A stretch of DNA of 60,725 nt from assembly GCA_002245135.1 (NCBI GenBank), contig NGBS01000877.1:186001-246725 (forward strand), read 5' to 3'. Origin of the DNA: Proteromonas lacertae (taxonomy: Eukaryota). Positions 12,304 to 26,702 of the stretch are shown here, one piece after another; position 1 is the stretch's first letter, and every line of letters starts with the position of its first letter. The position numbers were made by a program, and so were the translations under genes. The notes under the pieces are model-generated. The model saw only the letters and a list, made by a program, of their open reading frames with translations. It did not search any database and was not told the DNA's origin.

Positions 12304-14207
12304 ATGAATGCTGATGCAAATACAACTAAAAAACCCGTAGGTAAAGACAAATCTACACAAAAGATTGATAAAGAGGGTTATTTATACATGTCACCAGAAG
12401 ATGGTAAAGCATTAAAAAAATACTATGTCGTATATATTATTACAAACATTATTTTGCTTTATTAACCTCTTCTTTACCAAATTTCTTATAATCATAGATA
12501 TTAAGCGGAAGTACACTATCATATTACACAAATCCAAAGGTATAAATGATATTCTTACCATTCTTATAGGATGCTGAACCTGTTTCAGTTCTTAATGTTG
12601 AAGGGGCAATTTGTCGTGAAGCTGAGAATAGATCAAGTAAAAAAGCAGGATTTAAATTATTATTATCTGTATATATATCTTATTAATAATATAATATACA
12701 ATAGAGTGAAGTATCTTCTAAATTAACAACTATCGCTGAGGTTGATAGTAGATCCAGTGTAATCTTCTACAGTGATAATAAAGATGACATAATGACCTGG
12801 ATATCTATGTTAAATCGTGCAATATTACCTTACAGATGGCCATCATTATTACCATTTACAGGCATCAATACAAATGATAAAGAGTTCTTCCAAAGTTTAC
12901 CAAAACTAAAAGATACAGTGATCACTCATCGATTAGCATTATTATATAAGAAATTATGTTTATGTTCAGTAGTATTTACACCTCCAGATAATAGTAATGA
13001 AAATTGGAAAGATGGTTCAATGCAGGAATATTGGGATAATAAAAGAACCACATTATTAGAGTTAATGGACAGTGCAGAATCAATGAAAGGATTATTTGGT
13101 GATAGCCGTACTTTAAATGATACATTTTATATGATCAGTGTGAATATATTCAGATCACTTCCATTGAAAATTGATCCACAAGGAATGGGTGAAGAAGAAG
13201 AAGTGGTATTTACTGATCCATTATGGCAACATTTACATATTGTTTATGAATTATTATTAAGATTAGTAACTACTACACCATTAGATCAGACTTTACTAAG
13301 GAAATGCATTGATACTAAATTCATTGTAAATTTAATTGATCTTTTTAAATCAGAAGATATGAAAGAAAGAGAAATATTAAAAGTATTAATTATTTTTATT
13401 ATATATTATTAATAGACTGTTACACATCGAATATATGGAAAATTAACACATCGTCGTACAATAATCCGTAAAACTATTTATAATGCATTTTTCGAATTTA
13501 TATATGAACGTGATGGTAATAGTAACGAACATCCTGGTATTGCACAATTATTAGAAATATTAGCTTCTATTATCAATGGATTTGCTTTACCATTAAGAGC
13601 AGAACATAGAGATACATTAATTAAAACATTAATACCATTACATAAAGCAACTAATATTGAAGATTTTCAACCACAATTATCATACTGTATGACTTTATAT
13701 GCAAAGAAAGAACCACCACTTGCTAAAAATGTATTTTCTTTTTTTAATATTATTATTTATCATATTTAATAGATTGTAATGGGATTATTAAGATATTGGC
13801 CATTAGGTAACAGTGCAAAAGAAATATATTTCCTCAATGAATTGGAAGAATTATTTGAAACAATAGACTCCAATATATGTCTACAAATAGCTTCACCTTT
13901 ATTTAAACGTTTAGCAAAATGTTTAAAATCTGATCATTTTCAAGTTTGTGAAAGAGCCTTATTCTTATGGCATAACCCAAGAATTGCTAGTCTCTTAGTT
14001 GAAGATAAAAGTATTCGTACTATTGGATTACCTTTAATATATAAACCATTATACACCAATTCGATGGATCATTGGCATGAGTATATATATATTATTATTA
14101 TTATTTTATATTTTAGTGGTGTAAAACAATTATCTCAACACATTTTGGGTTTGTATTTAGATTGTGATGGACAATTATATGATTCTTTGAGATCATCAAC
14201 ACACTAA
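12304..14207 (+). CDS. PH domain fused to a PP2A regulatory subunit B' (B56)
   Basis: N-terminal KEGYLY...KKYYV|ILSGSTLSYY...WISMLN (PH); B56 motifs NIFRSLP, W.HL..VYE, SED..ERE.LKT..HRIYGK, GIA.LLEIL.SIINGFALPL, HFQV.ERAL. Confidence 0.9.
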
Positions 14208-14363
14208 AAGTTATATTATCTTGTTTATTAATATGAGAAAAAATATATAGAACATAAAATTGTTTTGTTGTAAAGGGAAGTAAAAACCAATAATAACAAC
14301 AAAAATACATAAAAAATCATAATTAACGACAATTTTGAAAAATATACTAAGTATTTGGTATGT

Positions 14364-17300
14364 TTACGATGGAGAAGATGCTGATGTAACATCAGCATGA
14401 GTATTATCAGTTTCATTTACATGAGGTAAAGCCATTTCCTTATTTTCTTCATCTTCAGGGAAAGAGGTGTTAAATACATTGTTTTTATTATCATGACTCT
14501 CAATAGAAGTTGATAAATTACCATAAGCTTTATTCATATCCTCATTATCTTTAAAATCTTCCTCTTCCTTCTCTTTTATTGGTAATATGGGTGATTGAGG
14601 ATATTCTAATTCTTTATTAGCCACATTCATATCATCATCATCATCACTGTCACTATCATCTTCATCATTATTAGTAACTAATGAATTTTCACTAAAAGGT
14701 GATATGGTAGCAGTTGGTTTATGATCAACTCTCTGAGGTGTATGTAAAAAGAAACTCAATTCAGCTAAATCATCTTCTTGAGCTAATTCACCTAAAACTC
14801 CACTTACTAGTTGCTCAGTTACTGGATTAAAGATTGTAACAGACAAACCACATACAGGAATATTCATTGGAATAGAATTCTTTGGTAAAGTAGTGGATAA
14901 TGGAGTATTTGTTACACTTTTAACGATTTGAGGTTTTTGTGATTGAACAGTTTGAAGTGTAACTGGAGGATTATCCATTAACTCTTGGATCTTTGATTGT
15001 AATTTAATTTCATTCTCTGTCTTATCTTCCACTCCTTCTTGCTGCTGTTTTAATTTCATTAATTCTTCAGACATTTGTCTTATATAATCGAAATATTGTT
15101 CATAATAACCATAAATTCTTCGACTATCTTGTTCAAGATATTCTAAATCTTTATTTCTAATGATTATTTCATTTTCTAATTCAGAGATATGATGTTTTTG
15201 ATCTTTTATATCTTCTTCTAATGTGACAATTCTTTGCTTTTGTTTTTCATTGATTGTCTCTAAATCATCTTTACTTATATGCAATTTCTCTAATTCTTCA
15301 TTCAAATAAGAAATCTTCTCATTCTGTTCAGCTACATCACATTCTAATTTGTTATTCTTTTCATTCAATATATCATTCATCTTCCTAGTTTCAATATATT
15401 CGGAGTATAAATCAGTATAGAAATCAACACACTTATCTTTATCACAAGGTTCTAATAAATCAGGAGATGGTGGTAATTCTGTTGTATTGTGTAAAATAAA
15501 GTTCAAATCATCCACACTCTTCATTAAATCATTTGTTTTATGAGTTAAGTTTAAATTCTCATCTCTCAATTTCCTTACTTCTTCTGTTGCATCTGCATCT
15601 ATTGCTTCCATTGTTGTTTCATCAAATACAATGTGTTGAGGAATAAATACATTGATTGGATTATCTAATGATGGTGTAAATGGTGGAATAGCTGTGTTTA
15701 ACATTGTATGAACATTTGTATAAGCAGCTACAGTTGATGAGAAGATATGTTCACATTTTAAGATAAAATCTAAACCAGCTAATTCATCATCACTTTCATT
15801 GCTATTATTATCAGTTGTTGTTGTTGTTGGATTATTTTCTAACTGTTGTTCTATTAATGATCCACAAATAGATTCAGTAACTTCAAATATCATAAATACC
15901 AATTGATCTTCTTCTTTCGTTAGAATAGATTCTGTTGATATTATTATTGAACTCATTACAACTTCTTCTTCTTCTACAGCTTTAGATGGAGTTATTGATA
16001 TTAAATCATATTCTTCAATTGACATTTCTATTACTTCTTCCTTGTTCATATTTTCATCTGATATTTCTGGTATTTCAATCTTTGCTAATGATGTAACTTC
16101 TTCATATAATACTGAATCATCTGCTTGAATTTCTTCTTTCTCTACATCTTCATAGTTACATTCAATAACTTCAAATTCTTCTAGGGTGTAATTGAATAAC
16201 TCAGCTTGTTCAGTCAATGAGACTAAATCATAAACATAATGATTTAATTCTATGTTATTTTCTTCAATTATTATTGATTCATCAGCTTGTTGTTCTGATT
16301 CTTCTTTATCTTCATAATGTGATTCTATGACTTCTTGTTTCTGTATTTCTGATGTTTCTAAAACTGCTACTTCTCTTTGTTCAATATTAATCACATCATA
16401 CTCACAAATAATTAATGATTTGGCTGTAGTATGAACATTTTGTATTAAGATAGAATCATCTAATTTATCTTCATTAAACTCACCTTCCTCATAATGACAT
16501 TCCTTTACTTCTTCATTATTCTCTTCATTCTCTATCATAGATTCTTCTAGATTAGCTAATTCATCTTCTTTACCTGATTCTTCAATTGTAATCACATCAT
16601 ATTCACAAATATCAAAGGAATATGTTGTTGGATGTACATTTTGTATTAAAACAGAATCATCTAATTTATCTTCATTAAATTCACCTTCTTCATAATGCGA
16701 TTCTTTCGCTTCTTCTACTTCTTCATTCTCAATCATTGACTCTTCTAAATTAGGCAATTCATCATCATTCACTTTCTCTTTTTCAATTACAATTGAATCA
16801 TTCAATTCATTCTCTACATTCTCTACTTTATCTTCAGTAGTGCATTTCCTTTATTTCCATCTTTTCTACCTGGGATTGCTCTAATTCTGGTACTTGTCTT
16901 ATTGGTTCAATTGATATTATATTACTATATTCAACATCACAGAATTGAGGTTGTTTATCTTCTTCAATCATATTTAATAAATCACCACTTAAATAACTCA
17001 TTTCAGCTGCTTTTTTCATTATAATCTTTTCATCTATTTCATCTTCATCAAATTCTTCTTCTTCTTCAAGATAAGCAGCTTCATCTGTTTCTAAGCCTCC
17101 TTCAACTTTCAATTCATCATCTTCTTCATTTCTATTAAATCTTCTTCCTCTCCTTCTTCTTCTCGTTTCAATAGAATCAATAGCAATGATTTCTGGTGTT
17201 AAAATCTCAATTGATGGATCTACAGTGAATTGTCTAATATAATCAATATTATCTGATATATGAGTAGTTAATTCTTTCACTTCTAATTCAGATGATTTTA

Positions 17301-20300
17301 ATGTAATTAGTTTATTTGATATTAATGTATATTTCAAACTATTCTGTAATGATATTGTGTTGTTTAATGTATCTATCTTTTCCTCTAATGTCTTTATCTT
17401 GTTATTTACTTCATCTGGAATAGATGATTGGTTTTGTAGACTTAATTTCTCTTCTAAAATTTCAATCAATTTCTCTTGAACTTTGGTCTTTTCATTATCT
17501 TTTGGATTGAGAATATTCTCGATATATTTAGCTATTACCAACATCAATCTTTCATTCTCTGTTAATTCATTAGAGTTGGGTAATAATGTCTTTATTGTTT
17601 TATATAAATCATTACAATTATCACTATTTATACAATCAACCATTGTTGATATAATAACACTCAATTCATTATAATCAAATTCTAAACTATTGTACATTTC
17701 TTCCAATTCATTCTTTTGTTCAGTTATTTCTTCAACTCTTACTTCTAATTGTTCTATTTTATTCATATTTTCATCAATACCATAGGACATTTCATTAATT
17801 TCTTGTAAAGTTTCATCTTCTTCTTCTTCTCTACCTGTTAATTCTCTCAATTTCTGATTTTCTTCTTTCAAATGTTCTATTGTATTTTTCAAATGATCTT
17901 TTATTGAACTTACTTCTTCTGCTTCTGGTGTTATTGTCTGGATTTCTTGATGAGGTGATGATGATTCTATTATATCTATTGCATCAGAATAATAGAATAT
18001 TAATTCTTTAATAACTTTCATATTTTCATCATTTTCATCAATATATTCATCACTTTCATCATCTTCATCATCCAATAATCCACTTTCTGCACCTTCATAT
18101 AATCCTTTAATCTTTAATTCATCATCATTTATACCTCTTCTCATTCTTCTTCTCATTCTTCTATCTCTCTTTAATATACTACTATCTGATATTATACTGG
18201 CTGAATATATCATTAATGATTCTACATCATCATCATTATTAGCCTTTCTATTTTCTGATATATCAATATTCATTGGATTCTTCAGTTGAGATTTTAAGTC
18301 ATTTATTTCATTGTTTAATTCTTGAATATTTGATTGTAAAGATTCATTATTCTTTTCTAAATCTTTATTTGTTTTATTTGTTTTCTTTATTTCATCTTCT
18401 AATGTAGAAATTTCATTCTTTTTCTCTTCCAATTCATTCTTTGTATTGATTAACTCATTATTCAATTCATTCAATTTTCTATTCAGTTTAACTATATCAG
18501 TTGATTTCACAGAAGTAGTATCTTCATATTGTTGTTTATCAATTGATAATTCTTCAATGGATCTATTTAAATCAAACGATTCTCTCTCAAGGTTAGAATT
18601 CTGTTCGGTTAAATGGTCATTTATTGATGATAATTGTTTTATTGTTTCCTTTAACTCATTCATTTGGTTTTCGTGTTCTTTATATTGTTCTTCTATTGTG
18701 TTGTATTTCTCTGTTATTTCATCTAATAATTGCTGCTTTTCTGTCAATATGTCTTGTATTGTATCTATTTTGTATTTTATTTCATTATTTTCTTCATATA
18801 AACTCTTATTTTCTATCTGCAAATTTGAATTTGTATCTTCAAGTGATTTATAACCAGTTTCTAATTCTTTATTGTGATGTTTAAGTTGTGATATTTCTAA
18901 TAGTAACTCATTAATATTGTCTTTTAGTTTATTGTCATCTTCTATCTTTTCTTTTAAGGAGTTGTATTTCTTTATTAATTCTTCATTATCTATTTCTGGT
19001 GAAACATATTCTGCACTGTTTTCTGATATTATATCTGATTTATAAACTATATATTTATAAACATCTTCACCATCTTCTTCATTCTTATTCTCATTATTTT
19101 CTTCTTTGGATTTATCAACTTTTAAACATTCATTATCATATTCCAAATTTTCATTTAATGTCTTTAAATCTTCGATCTCTTTTTCATTTTCATTCAACTT
19201 ATCTTTCAATTCATTATTCTCATTCAATACATTCTCATTCTCTTCTTTCAATTCAATATTCTCTTTTTCTATTCTTTCATATTCATTCTTCTTATTTTCT
19301 AATTCTTTTTCTATTTCATTCTTTTCTTCCAATATTTCTTTATTATTCCTTTGAAGTTCTTCTATTAAGCATTTCATTTCTTCTATATCCTCTTCATTAT
19401 TATCATTACTACATTCAGCAGATTCAATTCTTTCTTCTTTTACTAATTCATTTCTACTCTCTTCTAATTGTGACTTCAATTCTTCTATTTCATTACTCTT
19501 ATTCTCATTCTCAGACTTCAGCATTTCAATTTCATTCAAATATTCATTCTTCACTTCTTCTAATTGATTCTGTAGTTCAGAATTATCATTTTCTAACTTT
19601 GAAATGGTTTGTTCATTCTCTTCTAAAGTGTTTTTAAGTTCATTTAATTCACTTTCATCAACTTGACCTTGTTTATTCATCAGATTTTCTTCTAATTCTT
19701 CTATTTGTTTGGTTAATTGTTCATTTTCATTCTTTAAATCAGATATTTGTTTTTCACGTTGTGTAATTTCTTCGATTATATTCTTCATTTCTTCAATTTG
19801 ACTTTCATATTTCATTTTATCTAATTCTTTCAATGGAAGTGATTCTAATATTCTTAATACCTTGTTTCTATCTAACTCTGGAGATTTCTCTATTAACTCA
19901 TCTAATAATTCATCTCTTTGTTTCATTAAACTAACTAATTCAGCATCTTCATTTGTTTGATTCTTTAGATTCTCTAATTCATCACATTTTCCTTCTAATT
20001 CACTCAAATAACTTGTAACATCATCAGATTCTAAGCATTTCTTCAATTGAGCTATTTCTAACTTTATTCTTTCTTTTTCATCTTCATTTTCTACCATCAT
20101 CTCTTTTAGTTTCATATATTTCTCATGTTCAGATATCAATTGGTTACACAATGCATTTAACATATCAACATCAGCTGTAGGGTATTTCTTATACAATTCA
20201 TCTAACACTTTATCTCTATTTTCTTGGAGAGTTTCTAATTCTGATTTATGTGAATCATTTTCTAATATTTCACTCAATATTCTATGTATCTTTTCTATTA

Positions 20301-23300
20301 ACTCCTGTTTCTCTTCATATCCTTCTATATCCTTTTTCATTTGTTCATTTTCTTTTTCTTTTCCTTTTATTTCTTCATTCAATTCATCAATCTTTGCTTT
20401 AAGATCTGTGATTTCTTGTTCATTTTCTTTGATCGTTTGTATTGTACTTTCTTCTATACTTTGTAGTGACGATGTTAATTGTTCATTATCCAGCTTCAAA
20501 TCATTTATTTCATTCTCTAATTCTCTTGTATGCGTTTCTAAATTGGTTTTATCTAATTCATATTGAGATAATTTATCTGAAACATCTTCTACATTTATAA
20601 CTTGTTGTTGTTCTTCAGTTAGTTTTACTACTACATCAATCATTGGATAAACTAAAAACATATTATTATTATCATATTGTTGTTCTGGATTTGTCTCTAA
20701 GCTAGATTCTTCTGTTAGTTCAAGGTTTTCTACCTTTATTTCAAGATCATCTTCTACTTCTTCGTTTCTAGTTTCAACATCTTCTTCTTTGGATTTATCA
20801 ACTTTTAAACATTCATTATCATATTCCAAATTTTCATTTAATGTCTTTAAATCTTCGATCTCTTTTTCATTTTCATTCAACTTATCTTTCAATTCATTAT
20901 TCTCATTCAATACATTCTCATTCTCTTCTTTCAATTCAATATTCTCTTTTTCTATTCTTTCATATTCATTCTTCTTATTTTCTAATTCTTTTTCTATTTC
21001 ATTCTTTTCTTCCAATATTTCTTTATTATTCTTTTGTAATTCCTCAATATTTTGAGTCAATTCTTCTATTGAGTTTTTCATTTCTTCTATATTCTCATTA
21101 TTTTCATTATTTGCATTACTACTTTCTGTTGCTTCGATTTTCTCTTGTTTCAATAACAATTCGTTTTTACTTTCTTCTAATTCTGACTTCAATTCTCCAA
21201 TTTCATTCTTTACATCTTCTAATTGATTCTGTAAGTCAATATTTTCGCTTTCTAACTTCTCTTTTTCTTCCTTAACAGTTTTCAACTCTTCAAGTTGTTC
21301 TTCATTTGGTTTATTATTATTTTCTTCTAATTGAGATTTCAATTCTTCTATTTCCCTGACTTTCTTTCTATTATCTGATTTTAATGTTTTGATCTCATTC
21401 TTCACTTCTTCTAATTCATCTTGTAAATCAGAGTTTTCACTTTCTAACTTCTTCTTTGCTTCTTTTATCACTTTTAACTCATCAGCTTCTTCTTCATTTG
21501 GTTCTACAGGTCTATTTTCACTCTCTTCTATTTGGGATTTCAATTTTACTATCTCTTCTTCTAATCCCTTTTTCTCTTCATTAATTCCATCAATTTCTTT
21601 CCGTAATTGTTCTTCTTTATTCTCTTCAACTTCTTCATTCTCCATCCTCGCTTTATACTCTAAAAATTCATCGGTTAGCTGTATTTTCTCTGTCTTCAAT
21701 TCAACAACTTCTTCATTCAAATTATTAACTTGATTCTGAAGTTCTTCTGATTTCTTTATTAAAGCTGCTATTGGTGCTTCTGGATTAGTTTTATATTCTT
21801 CTAATTCTTGTTTTGCATCATCTAATTGTTGTTTTAACTCCTCCATTTCTGTGTCATCACTCTCTATTGTCATTAGATCATATTGAATATAATCATTTAC
21901 ATCATCATCATCATTTCCATTATTAAATGGGATTGGCTCGATATTGGCTCGTCTCATTAATCGACTTGGACTTCTGTTTGGACTATTTGTTGGTGATGTT
22001 CCATCCATAATAATAGAACCATCTACACCTAAATGATATTTAATTCCAGTAACTTCATTATTCAATTTCAATACCTGTGATTGAATGTTTGAATATTTAT
22101 TAGCCAATTCTAAGATGTCTGAATTCTTTTTCAATTCTTCAATTTCTTTCTTTAACATCTCATTTTCTTCTATTAATTTATTAATCATTTGTTCATTCTC
22201 TTCTTTTACCATTTGTAGACTATTTATCTCCATATCTTTACTCTCTATTTTAGATTCTAATTCTTCATTTATTTCCTTCAAATCATTTATCATTTTTTCA
22301 TTTTCTTTCTTCAATTGTATCAATTCAGTTGTTTTATCAGCTAATATACTCTCAATAGCTTCCAACTGTATTTTAATCTTCTTATTATCATTCTTTACTT
22401 CTTCTAATTCCTTCTTAATATCATCATAATCACTCATATTCAATAATTGTTCATTTAAATCATTAATTGATTTATTACATGTATTAATTTCTTCTTCTTT
22501 TAATTGATTGTCATTTATCAGTTGATTATTAGCTTCTTGTAATTGATTAAGTGTATTTTGGAAATTACCAATAGTTGATTGTAAATTTGAATTGTCTTCT
22601 TTTAATTGGTCGTTTTCTGATTGATAATATTTATTGCTTTCTTCTAATTGTTCATTGGATGATTTTAATAAAGAATTATCTTTTGTTAGATTTATATTCT
22701 GAGTTTTGTATTTCTCTAAATTGGTTGATAATTCATTATTCTCTTCTTCTATCTTAGTATAACTCTCTTGTAAGCTTTGTAATTCAGTATTTATGTCATC
22801 ATATTTGCTGGTAATATCAGTTAATTCATTCTGGAATAATTCAACTTCATTCTTTAATTCATCATTTTCTGTTTTCATTTTTTCTAATTCTTCTTTAATC
22901 TGGTCATAATCACATTTTGATAATAATTCATCATTCAACATATCAACTTTAGAATTTGAATCTTTCAACTGAGATTGTAACTGTTGAATTAATTCTTCCA
23001 TTTCATTTTGCTTTTTCATTAAATTGTTATATTTTAATAACAATTCAGGATATCTTGGATCAGCTTTTACTACTGGTTCTTTTACTATTTGTAGTTCTTC
23101 TTGTTGTTGTTGTTGATGATTTGTACCAGATTGTCTTCTTAATTGTTCATTTTCTTGTGTTAAAAGTGATACTTTAGTCTGTTCTTCAATTAAGTCTTTT
23201 TCTGTTTTATCTAATCTTTGTCTAATATCTTCTAACTGTTGTTGCAAACTTTCATTATCTGAATTAAAATTAAAATTATTGTCATTATTATCATTGTTTT

Positions 23301-23892
23301 CATCATTTATATTGGAGAAAAATGAGTCTGTTATTGCACTTTCATCATTTTTCAGTTTCTTTGGTGATAATTCAGTTATCTTCTGTTCAATATTGTGCAA
23401 TGTGTTGAATAATAGTTCGTTAGTCTTTGGAGTATGAGGAGTACTGTTCTGACTTATTAATTCAAGTTTATGTTGTAATTCAACTTTTTCTTTTTCAACT
23501 TTCTGTAATCGGGTAGTTAATTTTCTGTTTTCTTTATTGTATTTTGTATTTTCTTTCTTTAGTTCCAAGGTTCTATCTTGCATCTTCTTAATTCGTTCTT
23601 CCATCTTTTCAGCAGTTGGATCGGAGGTAATAAGTTGAACCATTGATTGTAAATCATTGCATTCATTATTTAACCTCTCAATTTCTTCATCTTTCTGTCT
23701 TAAGAGAATATCGTTATGATATAGTCTGTTTTGGAGTTCTGCCTCTTTTGATGATAATTGTTCTTCTAAGTCATTAATATATAGTTTTGATTGACTTAGT
23801 TCATTATAAATATCTTGTGAATGAGATAATTGGCTTAATGGTTGAGTCCTAGTTCTTAGACGATTAGGAGATTGCGAATATGTGCCATCCAT
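14364..23892 (-). CDS. Giant acidic coiled-coil protein 1 (about 3175 aa if the two ORFs are joined across a +1 break near 16835)
   Basis: 2352-aa and 813-aa ORFs of the same E/N/K-rich composition; the downstream frame is open across the upstream TGA and lacks a nearby ATG start (the ORF track starts it at TTG). Confidence 0.75.
16380..16767 (-). repeat. Tandem duplication of about 65 aa (DEL.NLEESMIENEE...HYEEGEFNEDKLDDS.LIQNVH...ICEYDVI.IE)
   Basis: Two near-identical copies in the 813-aa ORF, followed by more degenerate copies. Confidence 0.85.
19099..19348. repeat. 250-bp direct repeat, copy A
   Basis: Appears identical to 20782-21031 (offset 1683 bp); translations match in several frames. 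Confidence 0.92.
20782..21031. repeat. 250-bp direct repeat, copy B
   Basis: Appears identical to 19099-19348. Confidence 0.92.
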
Positions 23893-24149
23893 TGTAAAAA
23901 TTTATTAAATAAATTAATTAAATAAGTTGGGACTTTGAATCCTGCTTTTTAACTGTGGTTTTTGATCAACTGTTACTTTTTCTAAATTCAAATTTTTAAT
24001 CGATAAATACACTGAATCCATCCTAAAAATACGATAATCGTGGCTGAATTTTTTTTATTTATTGGTAAGTGGAGAGAAAATGATGAATCAAGAAGAATAT
24101 AACTCCAAATTCACTAATTAACACAAATATAATGAAATTAAAAAGAAAA

Positions 24150-25988
24150 TTATTTAATTATGTTAGTTTTGACATATATCTCACACTCATCTTTAGATCC
24201 ATCTGGATTTTCCATTTGCCACTCAAGAATTGCATCTAAGACTTTCTTAACTGCAGGACCTTTTGGAACACCTAAACTCATAATATCTTTACCATTTAAA
24301 AGAGCTTTTACATTATAAAATGAATCTAATTTCAAATCATAAATTAATTTGTGAAAACTATTGAATTGATTTATAGCTTCTTGTATTTCTATTCATAATA
24401 ACAAAATATAACAAAAATGATATATATACTATCAGCATCACAAACAATTTGATAATTATCATCACATGCAATGTAACGCAAATACAAATCATATATAAAA
24501 GTAAGTTCTAAAGCCACTTCCCAGTATTCTTGTGCCTGTTTAATCGCTCTACCAATCGACACAGGTTTATGATCAATAATAGCTTGTTGAAATAACTTTA
24601 TACTTAATAAAATATTCTCACATATTTTACCATCAGATGTTTTACACTTTAAATTATCATTTACCAAACTTTTAACAAACTTACAGAAGGATTTATCATC
24701 ATTAGGAATATGATTCTCTAAATATATTGGCATAATAAGACATATGAAATATAACATTGATTTAGGAGACTATTCATATATATATATAAATATATACTCC
24801 AAGTGATATTGTAGTAGATTCATCAATATTTGTATTTGGAATGGTGGATATTTTAATCAAATTATTCTTAATAAGCCATTCACATATCTCTGTCAATATA
24901 AATCCTTTATTTAATATTTCATTCTGTTTATATATCACATTATCATCACTTTGAATCACTACGGATAAAGGTGATAATGTAATTGTTGTTGTTTTAATAA
25001 TTGGTATTGGCTTAATAATTATATTCAATAAACCAGTGAAGTATAACAATTCAATACCATATTGTGGATTTGGACCTAACAATGCCTCACAGAATTCTTT
25101 ACCTATTCTTTCATTACTCACTTTTTGACATAACGCTTCCTGCATAATAATAAAAATAATAATAATATATATATATATATACATGCACAACTGGTGAAGA
25201 TAATCCTTTATATAATTCATCATATACTTTATAATTATATCTACTTGCAAATCTAATTGCTCTTAATGCTCTTAATGGATCATCGGTTAATGTTGTGAGA
25301 GGATCGAGTGGAGTTCGAATTATACCATGTAATAAATCATCAATACCCTAAATATATAAACAATAATATGCATTTTTTATCATATTTATACTCTTTCAGT
25401 AAAATCTTCCACTTTACTTTCATTAATATTATAAAATAATGCATTAATTGTTAAATCTCTACGAAATGCATCTTCTTTAGGTGTACCATAGGTTATTGTT
25501 GGTATTCTGCTGTTTTGAACGTAATTCTCTGATCTTAAATTCACTAAATCAATCCATTCGTTTAGTATTCTAACTCTAGCTGTTTCTAAATGTTTAGATT
25601 GCTCTGGATTTGCTTCAATTTTACCAATTGTATGAGTTTCGAGATTCTATTTAGTTATTTATACATAACAACAATTAATACTTTAGATTTCATATAATCA
25701 TTAACTATTTCAGCAAATTGAATACCACTTATATTATCAAGAGCTATATCAATATCCATTGAATCACGACCAAGTATCTAAAACATTATATTCTTAATAA
25801 TAAGATACTTTATCTCTTACCCAACCACCAGCTATCCTCATCACAGTATCCTGCTTTGAATATGCGCATGCACCTTTTAATATATCTATAATACTTGCTT
25901 CTATTGGATTGAGTTTAAACTCTGTAATTAATTGATTTGGCATGCTATATGTTTTTGTTATAGGAAAATTAGCCACTGTAGACATCAT
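24150..25988 (-). CDS. CCA1: CCA-adding tRNA nucleotidyltransferase (class II)
   Basis: Motifs RIAGGWVRDK|ILG...DIDIALD, NPEQSKHLETA, DLVNLRSENY...SRIP, EDAFRRDLTINALFYN, DDPLRALRAIRF, KVSNERIGKE. Confidence 0.95.
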
Positions 25989-26702
25989 TCTTATAATTTT
26001 TACACTTAAATAAAGTCTGTTTAGTATTTTTCCGATAAAAAATGAAAAATAAAGTTTGATGAAGCTTGATTCCAAAAAATGAATTTTGAAGGTTAAGAGA
26101 ATCCATATGAACAGAATACCATTTATTTACTGAGTATCTATATTTTTATGATGGTTTATTTAAAAAAGTATAATACAAATGCTTATAACTCTTTATTGCA
26201 CTTTAAGGCGTTATTTATAACAAATGTTTTATAAATCAAAACCCTATTGTGCTATATTTATGATGTTTATTTATTATAGTATATTCAACTAATGAAATGT
26301 TGTTGTTGAATGATGCTTATAACGTCATACATTTTTTCTATAAAATTAACACAACTTGATCTTATTCGAGTATAATATAAGTATTGTACTGTGACAATAA
26401 TACTAAAATGAATCTTAATTGATAATGATATATTTATAAATAGATTATGAGAATGGTTGTTTATTATGCTTTATTAAATGTGAAAAAGTTGTATTTGCTG
26501 AATAAAATAATAACATTGAAGATTTTACTGTAATGAAAATGTGCAAATGAGATGAATAGCAAAAGTTGATGATTGCTTTGTGATTATTAAGCTGGTGTGT
26601 ATTTATATCGTTAAATTAATTTTCTATTGTTTGTGTTTTTTTTATACCTTGTCAAGCCTTTCTTTGGTTCGTCATTTGAAATTCTTTAATCTTTTCATAT
26701 CC

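Noticed and set aside
17483..23177. Many plus-strand Ser/Phe/Leu-rich ORFs (also at 54451-59899)
   Set aside because: They are antisense by-products of GAA/AAA/AAT-rich coiled-coil coding sequence.
23920..23980. tRNA-like stretch GTTGGGACTTTGAATCCTGC
   Set aside because: No cloverleaf, acceptor stem or true TTCRA T-loop could be built.
25989..26075. Non-AUG N-terminal extension of the CCA enzyme for dual targeting
   Set aside because: The open frame has no ATG, is ordinary AT-rich spacer and contains the putative promoter core; there is no positive evidence.
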